Source of the DNA: a virus | IMG/VR virus record: IMGVR_UViG_3300014546_000001 | Direction: 5' to 3' (one strand) | Length of the DNA stretch: 42,248 nt | Part shown: positions 27,758-36,930 of the stretch, one piece after another | Layout: each line of letters opens with the position of its first letter | How positions within the stretch are numbered: the stretch's first letter is position 1 | Made by a program: the position numbers and the translations under genes | The notes under the pieces: generated by a model | Databases searched by the model: none | Told to the model about the DNA's origin: nothing | What the model saw: the letters and a program-made list of their open reading frames with translations, nothing else

Positions 27758-28597
27758 GTGGGACCGTTGAAAGATTATCAAGGGGACGGCAACAGCCAAC
27801 AGGCAATACGGATATTGTCTGACGGTTCAACTTCAACTTTGCGCATTAAAGCCAATATCACAAAAAGTATGATAAGTATTCCGAATGCAAGCCAGATTAC
27901 GGTTTACGGGCTATCAAAAGAAACAAGAAAAAAGATAATGCAGAGTCAAGCCAGTATCCGGCTTTATGCCTGGTATGACGGGCAACAGAAAGAGCTTGTT
28001 TTTCGGGGCGGGATTTTGAATTGTGTTGTTAACCGTGAAGACACGGACATACCGATAACGTTAATATCTTTGGACGGACAGGGCGGATTTATGCGGGCGC
28101 CTGTTTCTTTATCATACACAAACGGGATACAGTTAAAAGACGTTGTCAAGGATATTGCCGGAAAAATACCGGGCGTAACGATTGACGATAGCCGGATTGA
28201 TGTTTCCGGGCAAGTGGGCTTTTCCGGTATGGCATACGCCGGAGGGGCAAAAGAATTTTTAGACCGGCTGGGCGGACAATACGGCTTTAGCTGGAGCATT
28301 AACAACGGCGTATTTGAGGCAGTAAGCGACAAGCGCGGTTTTAATGTAGAAACTTTGCTGGGCGCGGGGGTTTTGATAAAAGCCTCCCCCATTCTATCCG
28401 GACCCGCGCAACAGCAAATAGGGACTGACATTCAGGCGCTATACGTCCCGGGTGTCAGCCCCGCTCAATTTGTGCGCTTGCAAAGTTCAATCAATACAGA
28501 ATTGAACGGACGCTATAAAGTCCATACAATGAACTTGAATTTAGACACAAAATCGGACAGCTGGACAATGAGCATTCAGAGTTACAAACAGGGGTAA
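27758..28597 (+). CDS. baseplate hub-like protein (GTG start after GGAG; ORF track starts 27659 inside the previous gene)
   Basis: Position; GGAG then 6 nt then GTG. Confidence 0.4.
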   Translation: MGPLKDYQGDGNSQQAIRILSDGSTSTLRIKANITKSMISIPNASQITVYGLSKETRKKIMQSQASIRLYAWYDGQQKELVFRGGILNCVVNREDTDIPITLISLDGQGGFMRAPVSLSYTNGIQLKDVVKDIAGKIPGVTIDDSRIDVSGQVGFSGMAYAGGAKEFLDRLGGQYGFSWSINNGVFEAVSDKRGFNVETLLGAGVLIKASPILSGPAQQQIGTDIQALYVPGVSPAQFVRLQSSINTELNGRYKVHTMNLNLDTKSDSWTMSIQSYKQG

Positions 28598-28601
28598 AAT
28601 T

Positions 28602-29342
28602 ATGGATTACAGCATAATAAAAGACAAGGCGGAAGATTTTAAGGTGTCGCTGCAGCGGTTGTTGCCGACAATGATAAACACGGCAATACCGGGAATAATT
28701 GACCAGTTGACTGTTGGCGATGATGGTGTGCCGCGCGTTTCAGCATATACGGCAATCCGGTTGAAATTTATAAACCCAGACACGCAGGAAGTTCAATATA
28801 TAGACAGTCCGAAGATAACAAACATACCTTTGTCGGTAAACCAGTGCGAGGGGTTGGGTTTATCAATCACAATGCCGGTTATGCACGGGCAGCTTTGCAC
28901 ATTGATATTTTCGCAGCGGAGCTTGGACAATTTTGCCACGACCGGGCAGATAAGCAATCCGACCAGCGGGGAAGACGCGGCATTGTGCACAGTTCGTTGT
29001 TTTGATTATACTGACGCGATGTGTTTTCCTGGCGTAATGACTCCGGCAAATAACATACAAAACTATTCACAAACGGCTGTTGAAGTGAGAAACGGGGACG
29101 GGAGCGTTAAGTTGTCCGTATATCCGGAAAGCTTGAGTTTAAAACAGGGCGAGGCAACAATTCAGATGTCCGGTAACAATATCGCGATGAACGCCGGGAC
29201 GATAACGATAAACGGACACACGTTCACAAGCTCATCAGTTGCGCTCAATTCGCCGACAACGATAAACGGAACGGACTTTGATAGCCATTTACACACTGGC
29301 GGCACAACGCCAACCGGAAACACTGGCGCAGTGGTTAAATAA
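28602..29342 (+). CDS. baseplate spike/needle-like protein
   Basis: Position; last + gene before the large intergenic region. Confidence 0.4.
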   Translation: MDYSIIKDKAEDFKVSLQRLLPTMINTAIPGIIDQLTVGDDGVPRVSAYTAIRLKFINPDTQEVQYIDSPKITNIPLSVNQCEGLGLSITMPVMHGQLCTLIFSQRSLDNFATTGQISNPTSGEDAALCTVRCFDYTDAMCFPGVMTPANNIQNYSQTAVEVRNGDGSVKLSVYPESLSLKQGEATIQMSGNNIAMNAGTITINGHTFTSSSVALNSPTTINGTDFDSHLHTGGTTPTGNTGAVVK

Positions 29343-29702
29343 ATACTTTTTTTGTGATTTTTTCACATTTTCCTTGCAAAAAGTGTGTATTTTCCCGCAT
29401 TTTTGGTAAATAAAAGTGTGAAACTTTATCTTTTTTCATCTTTTGAGAAACATACTACACATATATATTTTTTTAATGCTCTATGGTGAATTCTTGAGTA
29501 AAAGTCATAAAGTATCCTAGGGAGTGTAAAAAAACAAACTCCCTTTATACTTTACAACTTTAGCTCGATTCTATGCTCTACGGAGCCAGCCTCTCGTTTT
29601 TAGTCAGTTTATCGTTTCCGCTCAACCGAATAAAACAGAGATAAACATCAGTTATATCCAGCACCCCAACCGCCGGAAAAGCAAATGCGCCGTATCCTAG
29701 TT

Positions 29703-29738
29703 GTCCACCTCGGGGAATCGCTTATGTGGACTTTTTTA
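29703..29738 (+). terminator. hairpin gtccac-N17-gtggac followed by TTTTTT
   Basis: Read directly; it lies in the 737-nt non-coding region downstream of the tail genes. Confidence 0.4.
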
Positions 29739-29797
29739 AGACAGTAAGCCGTTTTTTCGCCGTAAAACCTGCCCGAGACGAAAAACGAAAATAAAAC

Positions 29798-29825
29798 TTG
29801 ACATATTAGGAAAAAGTGATAGTAT
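29798..29825 (+). promoter_or_regulatory. near-consensus promoter TTGACA-N16-(TG)aTAGTAT pointing antisense to the helicase gene
   Basis: Read directly. Flanked by the inverted repeat gagacgaaaaacga / tctcgttttcgtc. Confidence 0.35.
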
Positions 29826-30079
29826 TATCTCGTTTTCGTCAATATGATTATTATCATATTAAAATTTAAAGTCAATAACTTTTCGGAGTTGTTGGCTTTC
29901 TTTTTTTGCTTATATTCATAACAGCGATTTTTTTACCATACAGTGCATACTTTTAAAATTATGATAGATTTATCGTAAAAACGTAAAATCACGCGCCAGC
30001 GATAAAAAAGCAGGCTTATTCCGTATCGTTTTCTTTTTGCCAACTTTCAATCAAATTTAAACAAGCTTCGTATAATGTT

Positions 30080-31354
30080 TTAAAATTGTCCATCGTTACC
30101 TCCTTTGTCAACAAATAGGCTTTCGGATTTTTTAAATAGAACTTCAAATTCTCCTGTTCTCCCGCGTCTGTTCTTTGCTACGATTATTTTGGCTTTACCT
30201 TTGACGCGCTCCATTTCTTCAAGCCATTTGTTGTATTTTTTCTCTTCCGTTTCTTCCGGCTTTTGTAACATTAACAGGTTTTCCGCTGTATAAACGAACA
30301 TTACAAGGTTAGAATCCTGCTCAATACTGCCGGAGCCGCGCAAGTCCGACAATATCGGCGATTTAACGTCACGCCCGGCGTTGGAACGGTTTAACTGACT
30401 TAACAACAGAATCGGAATATTTAATTCTTGCGCGATTATTTTAACTTTACGCGATAAGTAGGTTAAAAGCGCCAGTTGGTCTTTAAACCGCTTTTCGGAG
30501 CGTAAAATATGCAGGTGGTCAATAATTATCAAACTTAAATCTTTTTTTCCGGCGCATATTGCCGATATTTTTTCAACAGTGATATCCGCGTCGTCTATAA
30601 ATTCAAGCGGCAACTCATTTTCAAGACTTTTAGACTTTTCAACAACCGCGTAAAATTCTTCTTGAGTGATTTTTGAAAAATCCGATATACGCAGGGAAGA
30701 ACATACAAGCCTCTTGTGCATTTCTACCTTTGTCATTTCAAGGGAAAAATATAAAACATTGCCGCCTGCTTGCGCTATTTGCGTTGCAATATTCAGCGCC
30801 AGTGTGGTCTTTCCGCCGCCGGAATAACCGCCCAGCGTGATAAGTTCGCCCTTTTCAAAACCGCCGATAAGCCGGTCAAGGCTTGGAAACCCGGTTTTAA
30901 CTACCCGCGGGTTGTCTTTGCCCTGATATTCAAGTTCGGCGTCGGCTAAAAATCTATCTGAGGCGTTTTCTTCGGATTTTGGGAATAATTCAAAATGCTC
31001 AATCTCAAAAGCTTTTGTTACGTCTTCGGTTGTGTATAGCTTTTGACCGGCTATTTTTGCAAGCTCCCGTTCTTTCCAGTCTTCTACCAACTTTAAGGCG
31101 TAACAGTCAAACATTATCGGTTTTGAAAACTTTGTGTCCCGATTAAGCTCAAGCAGTAACTGAAAATTTACTTTTCCTTTTAAGACGTCGCGCAGGCTTA
31201 ACAAATCAAAATTTCCCAGCTCTACCATTGCAGAAAAAATTTCTCTTGCTGTTGCGTCCGGCAAAAATTCAGCCTTAAAATTTCCTTTAAGTCTTGTAAA
31301 ATTTTCAGGGAAAGCGACAAGCTCACTTAAAAACGTGTATTCAGCCTCATTCAT
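30080..31354 (-). CDS. dnaB: replicative DNA helicase (DnaB family)
   Basis: Walker A GGYSGGGKTT, LSQLNRS and DLRGSGSIEQDSN motifs. Confidence 0.9.
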   Translation of the reverse strand: MNEAEYTFLSELVAFPENFTRLKGNFKAEFLPDATAREIFSAMVELGNFDLLSLRDVLKGKVNFQLLLELNRDTKFSKPIMFDCYALKLVEDWKERELAKIAGQKLYTTEDVTKAFEIEHFELFPKSEENASDRFLADAELEYQGKDNPRVVKTGFPSLDRLIGGFEKGELITLGGYSGGGKTTLALNIATQIAQAGGNVLYFSLEMTKVEMHKRLVCSSLRISDFSKITQEEFYAVVEKSKSLENELPLEFIDDADITVEKISAICAGKKDLSLIIIDHLHILRSEKRFKDQLALLTYLSRKVKIIAQELNIPILLLSQLNRSNAGRDVKSPILSDLRGSGSIEQDSNLVMFVYTAENLLMLQKPEETEEKKYNKWLEEMERVKGKAKIIVAKNRRGRTGEFEVLFKKSESLFVDKGGNDGQF

Positions 31355-31358
31355 TTTT

Positions 31359-32003
31359 TTACTTCCAGTCCGATGTTGCCCATTTTATCTCTTCCTCTTT
31401 ATCGGCGTATCCGCCCTCAACAGCTTTTTGCCATTTTGATTTTTGCAGGAAAAAGTCAAAATCGGCTCGCCACTTTCCCGAATCTCCACGCAAAAAAGAG
31501 CTTTCGTCAAGTGCTTTTTCCATCTGGTTGATAAATTCATCAAAACCACCAGCGTCTTTTATCCGTTGTTTAAGTTTGTTTTTTCTTTCATCGGTCAAGA
31601 TTTTTATTTGAGATAAACCGTATTTTTCTAAAACAGAATTGATTTTTTCAATGTCAAATTCACGAAAAACAATTTTATTGTTTTTTAAATATAATTCTTG
31701 TTTATGTTCTTGTTCTTCGTTTACGTTTATGTTTATGTTTAGGATATCGTTCGGTATCCGGTCGGTATTATTTTTTTCTTTCCAGTAGTTTCTTGATATT
31801 TCACCGTTTTTTTTGCAACGCACATTAAAATCTTCAAATTCTTTGTCAATTTGTGATTTTATAAAACGCCATACGCCGCAATCAACGTCAATATTCGGAT
31901 ATTGTAAAATTGCCTGAAAAATAGCAGCTTGTTTTTCAACGGGCAAGTCTGATAAAAGCTCCCACCATTCAGGATAGATACGCGGAGAAAATTGTTTTTT
32001 CAT
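31359..32003 (-). CDS. replication-associated protein (initiator/helicase-loader candidate)
   Basis: Upstream of dnaB and coupled to it on the same strand. Confidence 0.4.
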   Translation of the reverse strand: MKKQFSPRIYPEWWELLSDLPVEKQAAIFQAILQYPNIDVDCGVWRFIKSQIDKEFEDFNVRCKKNGEISRNYWKEKNNTDRIPNDILNININVNEEQEHKQELYLKNNKIVFREFDIEKINSVLEKYGLSQIKILTDERKNKLKQRIKDAGGFDEFINQMEKALDESSFLRGDSGKWRADFDFFLQKSKWQKAVEGGYADKEEEIKWATSDWK

Positions 32004-32085
32004 CTCTTTCGGCTTTCAAAAAGGTGGGGTTATAGCGTGTAACCATTTTTGCCGAAAGAGTTATAATATTTTGATACTATAACCC
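32004..32085. promoter_or_regulatory. two interleaved 10-bp inverted repeats in the divergent control region
   Basis: ctctttcggc (32004-13) pairs with gccgaaagag (32051-60). ggggttatag (32026-35) pairs with ctataacccc (32076-85). TTATAAT lies at 32061-67. Confidence 0.45.
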
Positions 32086-32210
32086 CATTGTTAAAATTTA
32101 TCTTTCGGCATCTTTAACTTTATAACAAAAAAAGTTAAAGTAAATTTAAAATTGAGTTATAAACAAGGGCGGATTTTTCCTGTTGATAACTTTTCTTAAA
32201 TTCCTGCATA

Positions 32211-32239
32211 TTTACAAAAGCGCTTTTGCTTGTTAATCT
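32211..32239 (+). promoter_or_regulatory. promoter TTTACA-N17-TAATCT for the baseplate/fibre operon
   Basis: Read directly; AAGAGGG RBS and ATG at 32259 downstream. Confidence 0.35.
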
Positions 32240-32258
32240 ACAATCAAGAGGGCAAAAG

Positions 32259-32621
32259 ATGAGTGTTGATATTTTGATAGACCCGGCAACAAACGATATA
32301 GCGCACCGCAACGGTTTAATCCGTTATGCCGTAAGTGGAAACGAAACGGCGCAGCGGGTTATTACGCGTATTCGCCGCTTAAAGGGCGAGTGGTTTATTG
32401 ATACGACCGCCGGTATGCCGTATATTCAGGATATTTTAGGCAAGCGGGATATTAACTACTTCAAACTTTTGCTTAGAAAAGAGATTTTAAATACTGACGG
32501 CGTGCAGAGTATTAACAACTTCCGCTTGTCTTTTAACTCAAAAACTGGGCATATATCCGTATATGTTGAAATTAAGGTTGACGGGAAGTATATCCCGATT
32601 GTGCAGGAGTTCACGCTATGA
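32259..32621 (+). CDS. baseplate protein (XkdS/DUF2634- or gp25/W-like); ATG start with RBS
   Basis: Small protein immediately upstream of a baseplate-J-like gene. Confidence 0.45.
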   Translation: MSVDILIDPATNDIAHRNGLIRYAVSGNETAQRVITRIRRLKGEWFIDTTAGMPYIQDILGKRDINYFKLLLRKEILNTDGVQSINNFRLSFNSKTGHISVYVEIKVDGKYIPIVQEFTL

Positions 32622-33838
32622 GTGCAAACGTTTACGGTATGACTTCAACGGGCTTTAAGCCTAAAAGGCTCCGCGATTTGCTTGACGAAACAATGGCGGA
32701 TATTCGGGCAATCACGGACGAAGACGGGCAAGCCGTATTTATTAACGAAACGGACGACAGCATAATCGGGCAGTTTAACGCGATTGTTTGCGAGCAGCTT
32801 GCCGATTGCTGGCAACAAGCATACGCCGCCAGCACGCAGTTTGACCCGCTTAACGCTTTCGGCGTGGCTTTGCGCTCGCTTGTCCAATTAAACGGCATTG
32901 TTCCGGCTTATGGTTCAGCAACACAAATAAACGTTACTTTGACCGGGACTTCCGGCACGGTTGTGCCTGCCGGTTCGCAAATATCTGACGTTAACGCAAA
33001 CACGATTTTCAGCTTGAATAGTGATGTTGTTATCGGCAGTGCCGGAACGGGGACAGGAGTCGCTACTTGTAACACGCTCGGCGAAATTAACCCGGCAAAC
33101 AACACGATTATTCAGATTTTAACCCCGGTTTATGGCTGGCACAATGTAACAAATACCAGCGTGGCGGTGCTTGGCGATGACCCGGAAACGGACAACCAAC
33201 TGCACATCAAACAGCAGCGCGAAACGTCAAATACTTCATATTCGCAAGTTGATGCGCTATATGCCGGAATAACAAACCTTGCCGGGGTTGATTATGTGCG
33301 TATATACCAGAACTGGACGCTTGAAACGGACGATAAAGGAATTCCGGCAAAAACGATTGCCGCTGTTGTTGACGGAGGCGATACAGAGGCAATTGCAAAT
33401 GTTATGTGGCTTAAAGCTCCGATGTTGTCAAACTATGCCGGGAATTTGGAGCACCCCGTAACAATGTTTGACCGATTCGGGCTTGCCTATCAAATAACAT
33501 TTTACCGTCCGGAAAAAGTCCCGGTGTATATTGATTTGGATATAACCATAACAGACGCAAGCATTTATCCGGCGGATGCCTACGACCAAATAAAGCAAAA
33601 TATTATTGATTATGCAGCATACGGGCTTAATTCTTCAAGCGGGTTTCCGCCGGGCTCTCCGGTTATTTACAGCCGCCTTTATACGCCTATCAATGAAGTC
33701 CCGGGCTTCAAGATAAATCATCTTTATATCGGAACGAGTGCAAGCCCGACCGGGACAAGCGACCTTGAAATGGACTGGCTGCAGGTTGCAGAGTTTACCG
33801 CAGACAATATCAATATTGAACAATCGGTGGGAGCTTAA
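32618..33838 (+). CDS. baseplate J-like protein
   Basis: 406 aa; position between the W-like and DUF2313-like genes; ATGA overlaps. Confidence 0.55.
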   Translation: MSANVYGMTSTGFKPKRLRDLLDETMADIRAITDEDGQAVFINETDDSIIGQFNAIVCEQLADCWQQAYAASTQFDPLNAFGVALRSLVQLNGIVPAYGSATQINVTLTGTSGTVVPAGSQISDVNANTIFSLNSDVVIGSAGTGTGVATCNTLGEINPANNTIIQILTPVYGWHNVTNTSVAVLGDDPETDNQLHIKQQRETSNTSYSQVDALYAGITNLAGVDYVRIYQNWTLETDDKGIPAKTIAAVVDGGDTEAIANVMWLKAPMLSNYAGNLEHPVTMFDRFGLAYQITFYRPEKVPVYIDLDITITDASIYPADAYDQIKQNIIDYAAYGLNSSSGFPPGSPVIYSRLYTPINEVPGFKINHLYIGTSASPTGTSDLEMDWLQVAEFTADNINIEQSVGA

Positions 33839-33843
33839 AAGCA

Positions 33844-34566
33844 ATGGCGGAAGCGCTAAGCAAATTAAAAATTGATTATAGCGAAGTCCGCAAGGATGTT
33901 GTTGCCGCCGGGCTTGACCGGATTTTGGCACAATACAAACATTCATATTTGTTCAAACAGCTTTTGTCTGTATGGCTTAAACAATGCCAACAGCTATATG
34001 ACGCGATTATTGATTTGCAGGAATACCGGACAATCTATTCGGCAACCGGGGACACGCTGGACGGCTTGGGGCGGATAGTCGGCTCAAACCGGCAGAATTT
34101 CAATTATTCGGACACATATTATTTTACACCGGACAAACCGGGCGTAGGCTGCGACAACGGCTATGCTTGGTGTAAAAATGCGCCGCAAGCCGGCATATCT
34201 TTGCAAAACGATGATTTATACCGCAATTCAATTTGGCGTAAAGCCATATCAAATTTTGTTAAGTTTGGCAGCGTCCCGGAAATTCAAGACGTTGTTTCCG
34301 CCTATATGGACGAGCCCGTTGGATTTGAAACAACAAACCCGTTTACGGGGACGCTTGTTGTTTCTGCAGATATCGGCTTGACTAATTTGGAGATTTTAAC
34401 TTATACTCAAAACACAGAACAGGTTGAACACCAGTTCCGTATACCGTATCCGACAACAACAGATTTTGAGGGCGTTGTCTTTTATGTTCCGCAAAATGCC
34501 TTTGCACCAGACCGCGAGGGAGTCGGGGCAGACAACGGGCGCGCCGCCGTAAGAGGGAGAGTTTAA
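33844..34566 (+). CDS. tail protein (DUF2313 / Mu gp48 / P2 gpI-like)
   Basis: Position directly before the tail fibre. Confidence 0.45.
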   Translation: MAEALSKLKIDYSEVRKDVVAAGLDRILAQYKHSYLFKQLLSVWLKQCQQLYDAIIDLQEYRTIYSATGDTLDGLGRIVGSNRQNFNYSDTYYFTPDKPGVGCDNGYAWCKNAPQAGISLQNDDLYRNSIWRKAISNFVKFGSVPEIQDVVSAYMDEPVGFETTNPFTGTLVVSADIGLTNLEILTYTQNTEQVEHQFRIPYPTTTDFEGVVFYVPQNAFAPDREGVGADNGRAAVRGRV

Positions 34567-34569
34567 ACG

Positions 34570-36186
34570 ATGGTAGATACAAGAACAGTTACATTGCCGG
34601 CAATTTGGGCTGATGACGCTATAACCGAGATTCCTACGCCGCCGATTGCAAATACAACCTACCGCAACACGGATTTAGGCTCAACCGAACTGTTGCAGGG
34701 CTGGCCTTATCAAAAAATCGTTGACTCTGCCGACTTCAACCAGACGTTGTGGCTTATATCAAACCTCGTCAAAAGTTGCGAGCAATATGGCATTATGCCT
34801 TGGTGCGCGTCAACGACATACAAACAAAACGGAATTTGCCTTGCCTCAAACGGAATTTTCTACTGGGCGAAACAAGATAACACCGGCGTAAACCCGGTAA
34901 ATGATTCCGGTATGACAAACTGGGGCGTATTCTTAGACCCGGGCGATAACTTCCTTACAGAAACGGTTTTGACGAGCCAAATAAACCTATGCGAAAAGCT
35001 GGCAAACAAGACGCAGACGTTGTCGTCTTCCTCTACCTCTACGCAATACCCGTCGGCTAAAGCGGTTTATGATAATATTAACAATCTGCAAACATCACTA
35101 CAATCGGCGATTAGCGCAATACAGGCGAACTACGTTACCACGAACACCGCGCAGACGATAACGGGGACAAAAGTTTTTAATGGAGCTGCGCCGATAAAGT
35201 TAGGAAAAGCGGGCGGAACATATACAGAGGTTCAATTTACTTCTGACGGTTTATCTAAGCTTGGCGGTTTGCGAAATATTAGAGAGGGAAACTCTGATAA
35301 TATGCAGATGTATGTTGCGTCTAAAGACGGATCTTCTATTCTTGGCTCAATCCAGTTAAATAGAGATAATAATAACGGTATATTGGCAACTGCCCCGCAC
35401 CCTGCCGCGTCTACCAATTATAATAATCCTGCAATTATGACAGCAGGACGAGCAGCTGACCCGGCGCAAAACTTTAATCTTCTGCACCGCTCTGGAGACG
35501 AAACGTTTAGCGGAGTCAAAACCGTACAATCAAATAATCCGCGTTTTGGTTTTAAACATACTGAGATTGACGTAACAACGAATCCGTCTGCTGAAAAATC
35601 AGCAAAAATTTTTGTTTCTGATAAAAATAATAAATGGATTTCAGAAATAGGGTTTTATCAAAAGACAGATGGGCAGATTTTATCACAAATAACCGTAAAT
35701 AATAATACTAATAATAATACTTCTGGAACGGCCTCATTACAAATAGTTTGTAAAAAAGATGGGAGTAAATTCGCAACTTGTCCTACACCTCCGAACCCCG
35801 CAGATTCCTCTGCCAAAATTGCAACGACGTCTTGGGTGAACAGTCGTATAACGTCTATTATGAATAGTAATAGCGAGGTTACGTTTACACCTTTAACTTC
35901 TGGCCCAATAGGAACAGGCAATATACAATTAAGCCAGCCGTTTACAAAATTCTCTGAGATTGTTTTTTTGGGTGCTGATGATCGCGAAACCTATGTCATC
36001 CCTACAATATTTAACACAAAGATGTTGGATTATTGTTTGGATAAGCTTAATAAACCTGTTTTTTTGCCTTGTGGCAGCACTTCTTATTATATAATAAAAC
36101 CGTATTCGGGTGGAAGCTCAACAACACTGTTCGTTCAAGATAGAGAAAACGCAAGAGTGTCTGCTATCTATGGCATAACATATTAA
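34570..36186 (+). CDS. tail fibre protein: constant region (aa 1-430) plus tip cassette 1 (aa 431-538)
   Basis: The conserved site ATAACGTCTATTATG lies at 35848-35862 and encodes ...RITSIM at the constant/variable junction. Confidence 0.75.
   Translation: MVDTRTVTLPAIWADDAITEIPTPPIANTTYRNTDLGSTELLQGWPYQKIVDSADFNQTLWLISNLVKSCEQYGIMPWCASTTYKQNGICLASNGIFYWAKQDNTGVNPVNDSGMTNWGVFLDPGDNFLTETVLTSQINLCEKLANKTQTLSSSSTSTQYPSAKAVYDNINNLQTSLQSAISAIQANYVTTNTAQTITGTKVFNGAAPIKLGKAGGTYTEVQFTSDGLSKLGGLRNIREGNSDNMQMYVASKDGSSILGSIQLNRDNNNGILATAPHPAASTNYNNPAIMTAGRAADPAQNFNLLHRSGDETFSGVKTVQSNNPRFGFKHTEIDVTTNPSAEKSAKIFVSDKNNKWISEIGFYQKTDGQILSQITVNNNTNNNTSGTASLQIVCKKDGSKFATCPTPPNPADSSAKIATTSWVNSRITSIMNSNSEVTFTPLTSGPIGTGNIQLSQPFTKFSEIVFLGADDRETYVIPTIFNTKMLDYCLDKLNKPVFLPCGSTSYYIIKPYSGGSSTTLFVQDRENARVSAIYGITY
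35848..35862 (+). repeat. cassette junction site E (ATAACGTCTATTATG), inside the tail fibre gene
   Basis: Identical 15-mer; 23 nt identical to site A. Confidence 0.85.
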
Positions 36187-36503
36187 GCGTTTTTGAATGT
36201 ATAAAACATACTTAACCAAACATTACGGCAAGCGTCAGAAAAGTATATTGAATCTCCTTGTGACAAAGGGATAAAAACACTTGCGGACTGGTCAATATAA
36301 GCGGAACCACCTTGTGAGGCTGCTCCTGCCGCTATCTCTTGTCCGTTTACATAACACCTCACACCTTTTACAACCCCGCCCCATTTTGCATTTATCATTA
36401 AAACGCCTTTGCGCGGGGCTGTAAATGGTGATGATTGTAAAGGAAACGTTACCGATTGCCCCGCTGTATAGTCTAACTCAAAAAAAGCCGGGTTACTATT
36501 CAT
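36183..36503 (-). CDS. alternative tail-fibre tip cassette 2 (106 aa)
   Basis: Begins at site A; convergent with the fibre gene, and the stops share TTAA at 36183-36186. Confidence 0.55.
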   Translation of the reverse strand: MNSNPAFFELDYTAGQSVTFPLQSSPFTAPRKGVLMINAKWGGVVKGVRCYVNGQEIAAGAASQGGSAYIDQSASVFIPLSQGDSIYFSDACRNVWLSMFYTFKNA

Positions 36504-36515
36504 AATAGACGTTAT
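36501..36515 (-). repeat. cassette junction site A (inverted relative to E)
   Basis: The reverse complement is ATAACGTCTATTATGAATAGTAA; it is the start codon of ORF 36183..36503. Confidence 0.85.
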
Positions 36516-36528
36516 CAGACGCTAGGAT

Positions 36529-36918
36529 TTATGCCGTACGTTTCCAAATATTCACGGTTAAAGCCGTCCTTGTAACAGTGCCGACAATACCGGAAGCGGC
36601 TGAATCAGTTGTTAAGCCAACACCTTTACCGGGGTTATTAGTTGATCCGTTTTGTGCGGTACCTACATCAACATTGTATAAATTATCGAAGAATGAAGAT
36701 TGCCCTAAACTTCCGTTATTCATAGCCAAACCTCGGTTATATTCTCCGTTCGTAAATCCCATTGTTTTTCCGTTTCCTTTGACTGGGACACTTGTGTTAA
36801 CGGAAGTAATCAGCGACGAGCCTACTTTTTCCCACGTAGAGCCGTCAATAATAGCAGCAAGGGGGCAAGTGCTTTGCGTTCCAAAATAGAGGCTGCCGAC
36901 CGGATAAACTGTCCCCAT
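36529..36918 (-). CDS. alternative tail-fibre tip cassette 3 (129 aa, tail-collar-like)
   Basis: Begins at site B. The sequence VYPVGSLYFGT...P...IIDGSTWEKV resembles the phage tail-collar motif. Confidence 0.55.
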   Translation of the reverse strand: MGTVYPVGSLYFGTQSTCPLAAIIDGSTWEKVGSSLITSVNTSVPVKGNGKTMGFTNGEYNRGLAMNNGSLGQSSFFDNLYNVDVGTAQNGSTNNPGKGVGLTTDSAASGIVGTVTRTALTVNIWKRTA

Positions 36919-36930
36919 AATAGACGTTAT
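36916..36930 (-). repeat. cassette junction site B
   Basis: Reverse complement gcATAACGTCTATTATGggg. It contains the VRR-NUC stop TAA and the start codon of ORF 36529..36918. Confidence 0.85.

Noticed and set aside
29353-29367. CRP-like palindrome tgtga-ttttt-tcaca
   Set aside because: The spacer is 5 nt rather than the 6 nt required for CRP. It is probably just part of the T-rich tract after the last tail gene.
29343-30079. tRNA or tmRNA gene in the large intergenic region
   Set aside because: I could not find a T-loop (GTTCRANYC) or an acceptor-stem/anticodon-arm arrangement by eye. A tRNAscan or Infernal run would be needed to exclude it formally.
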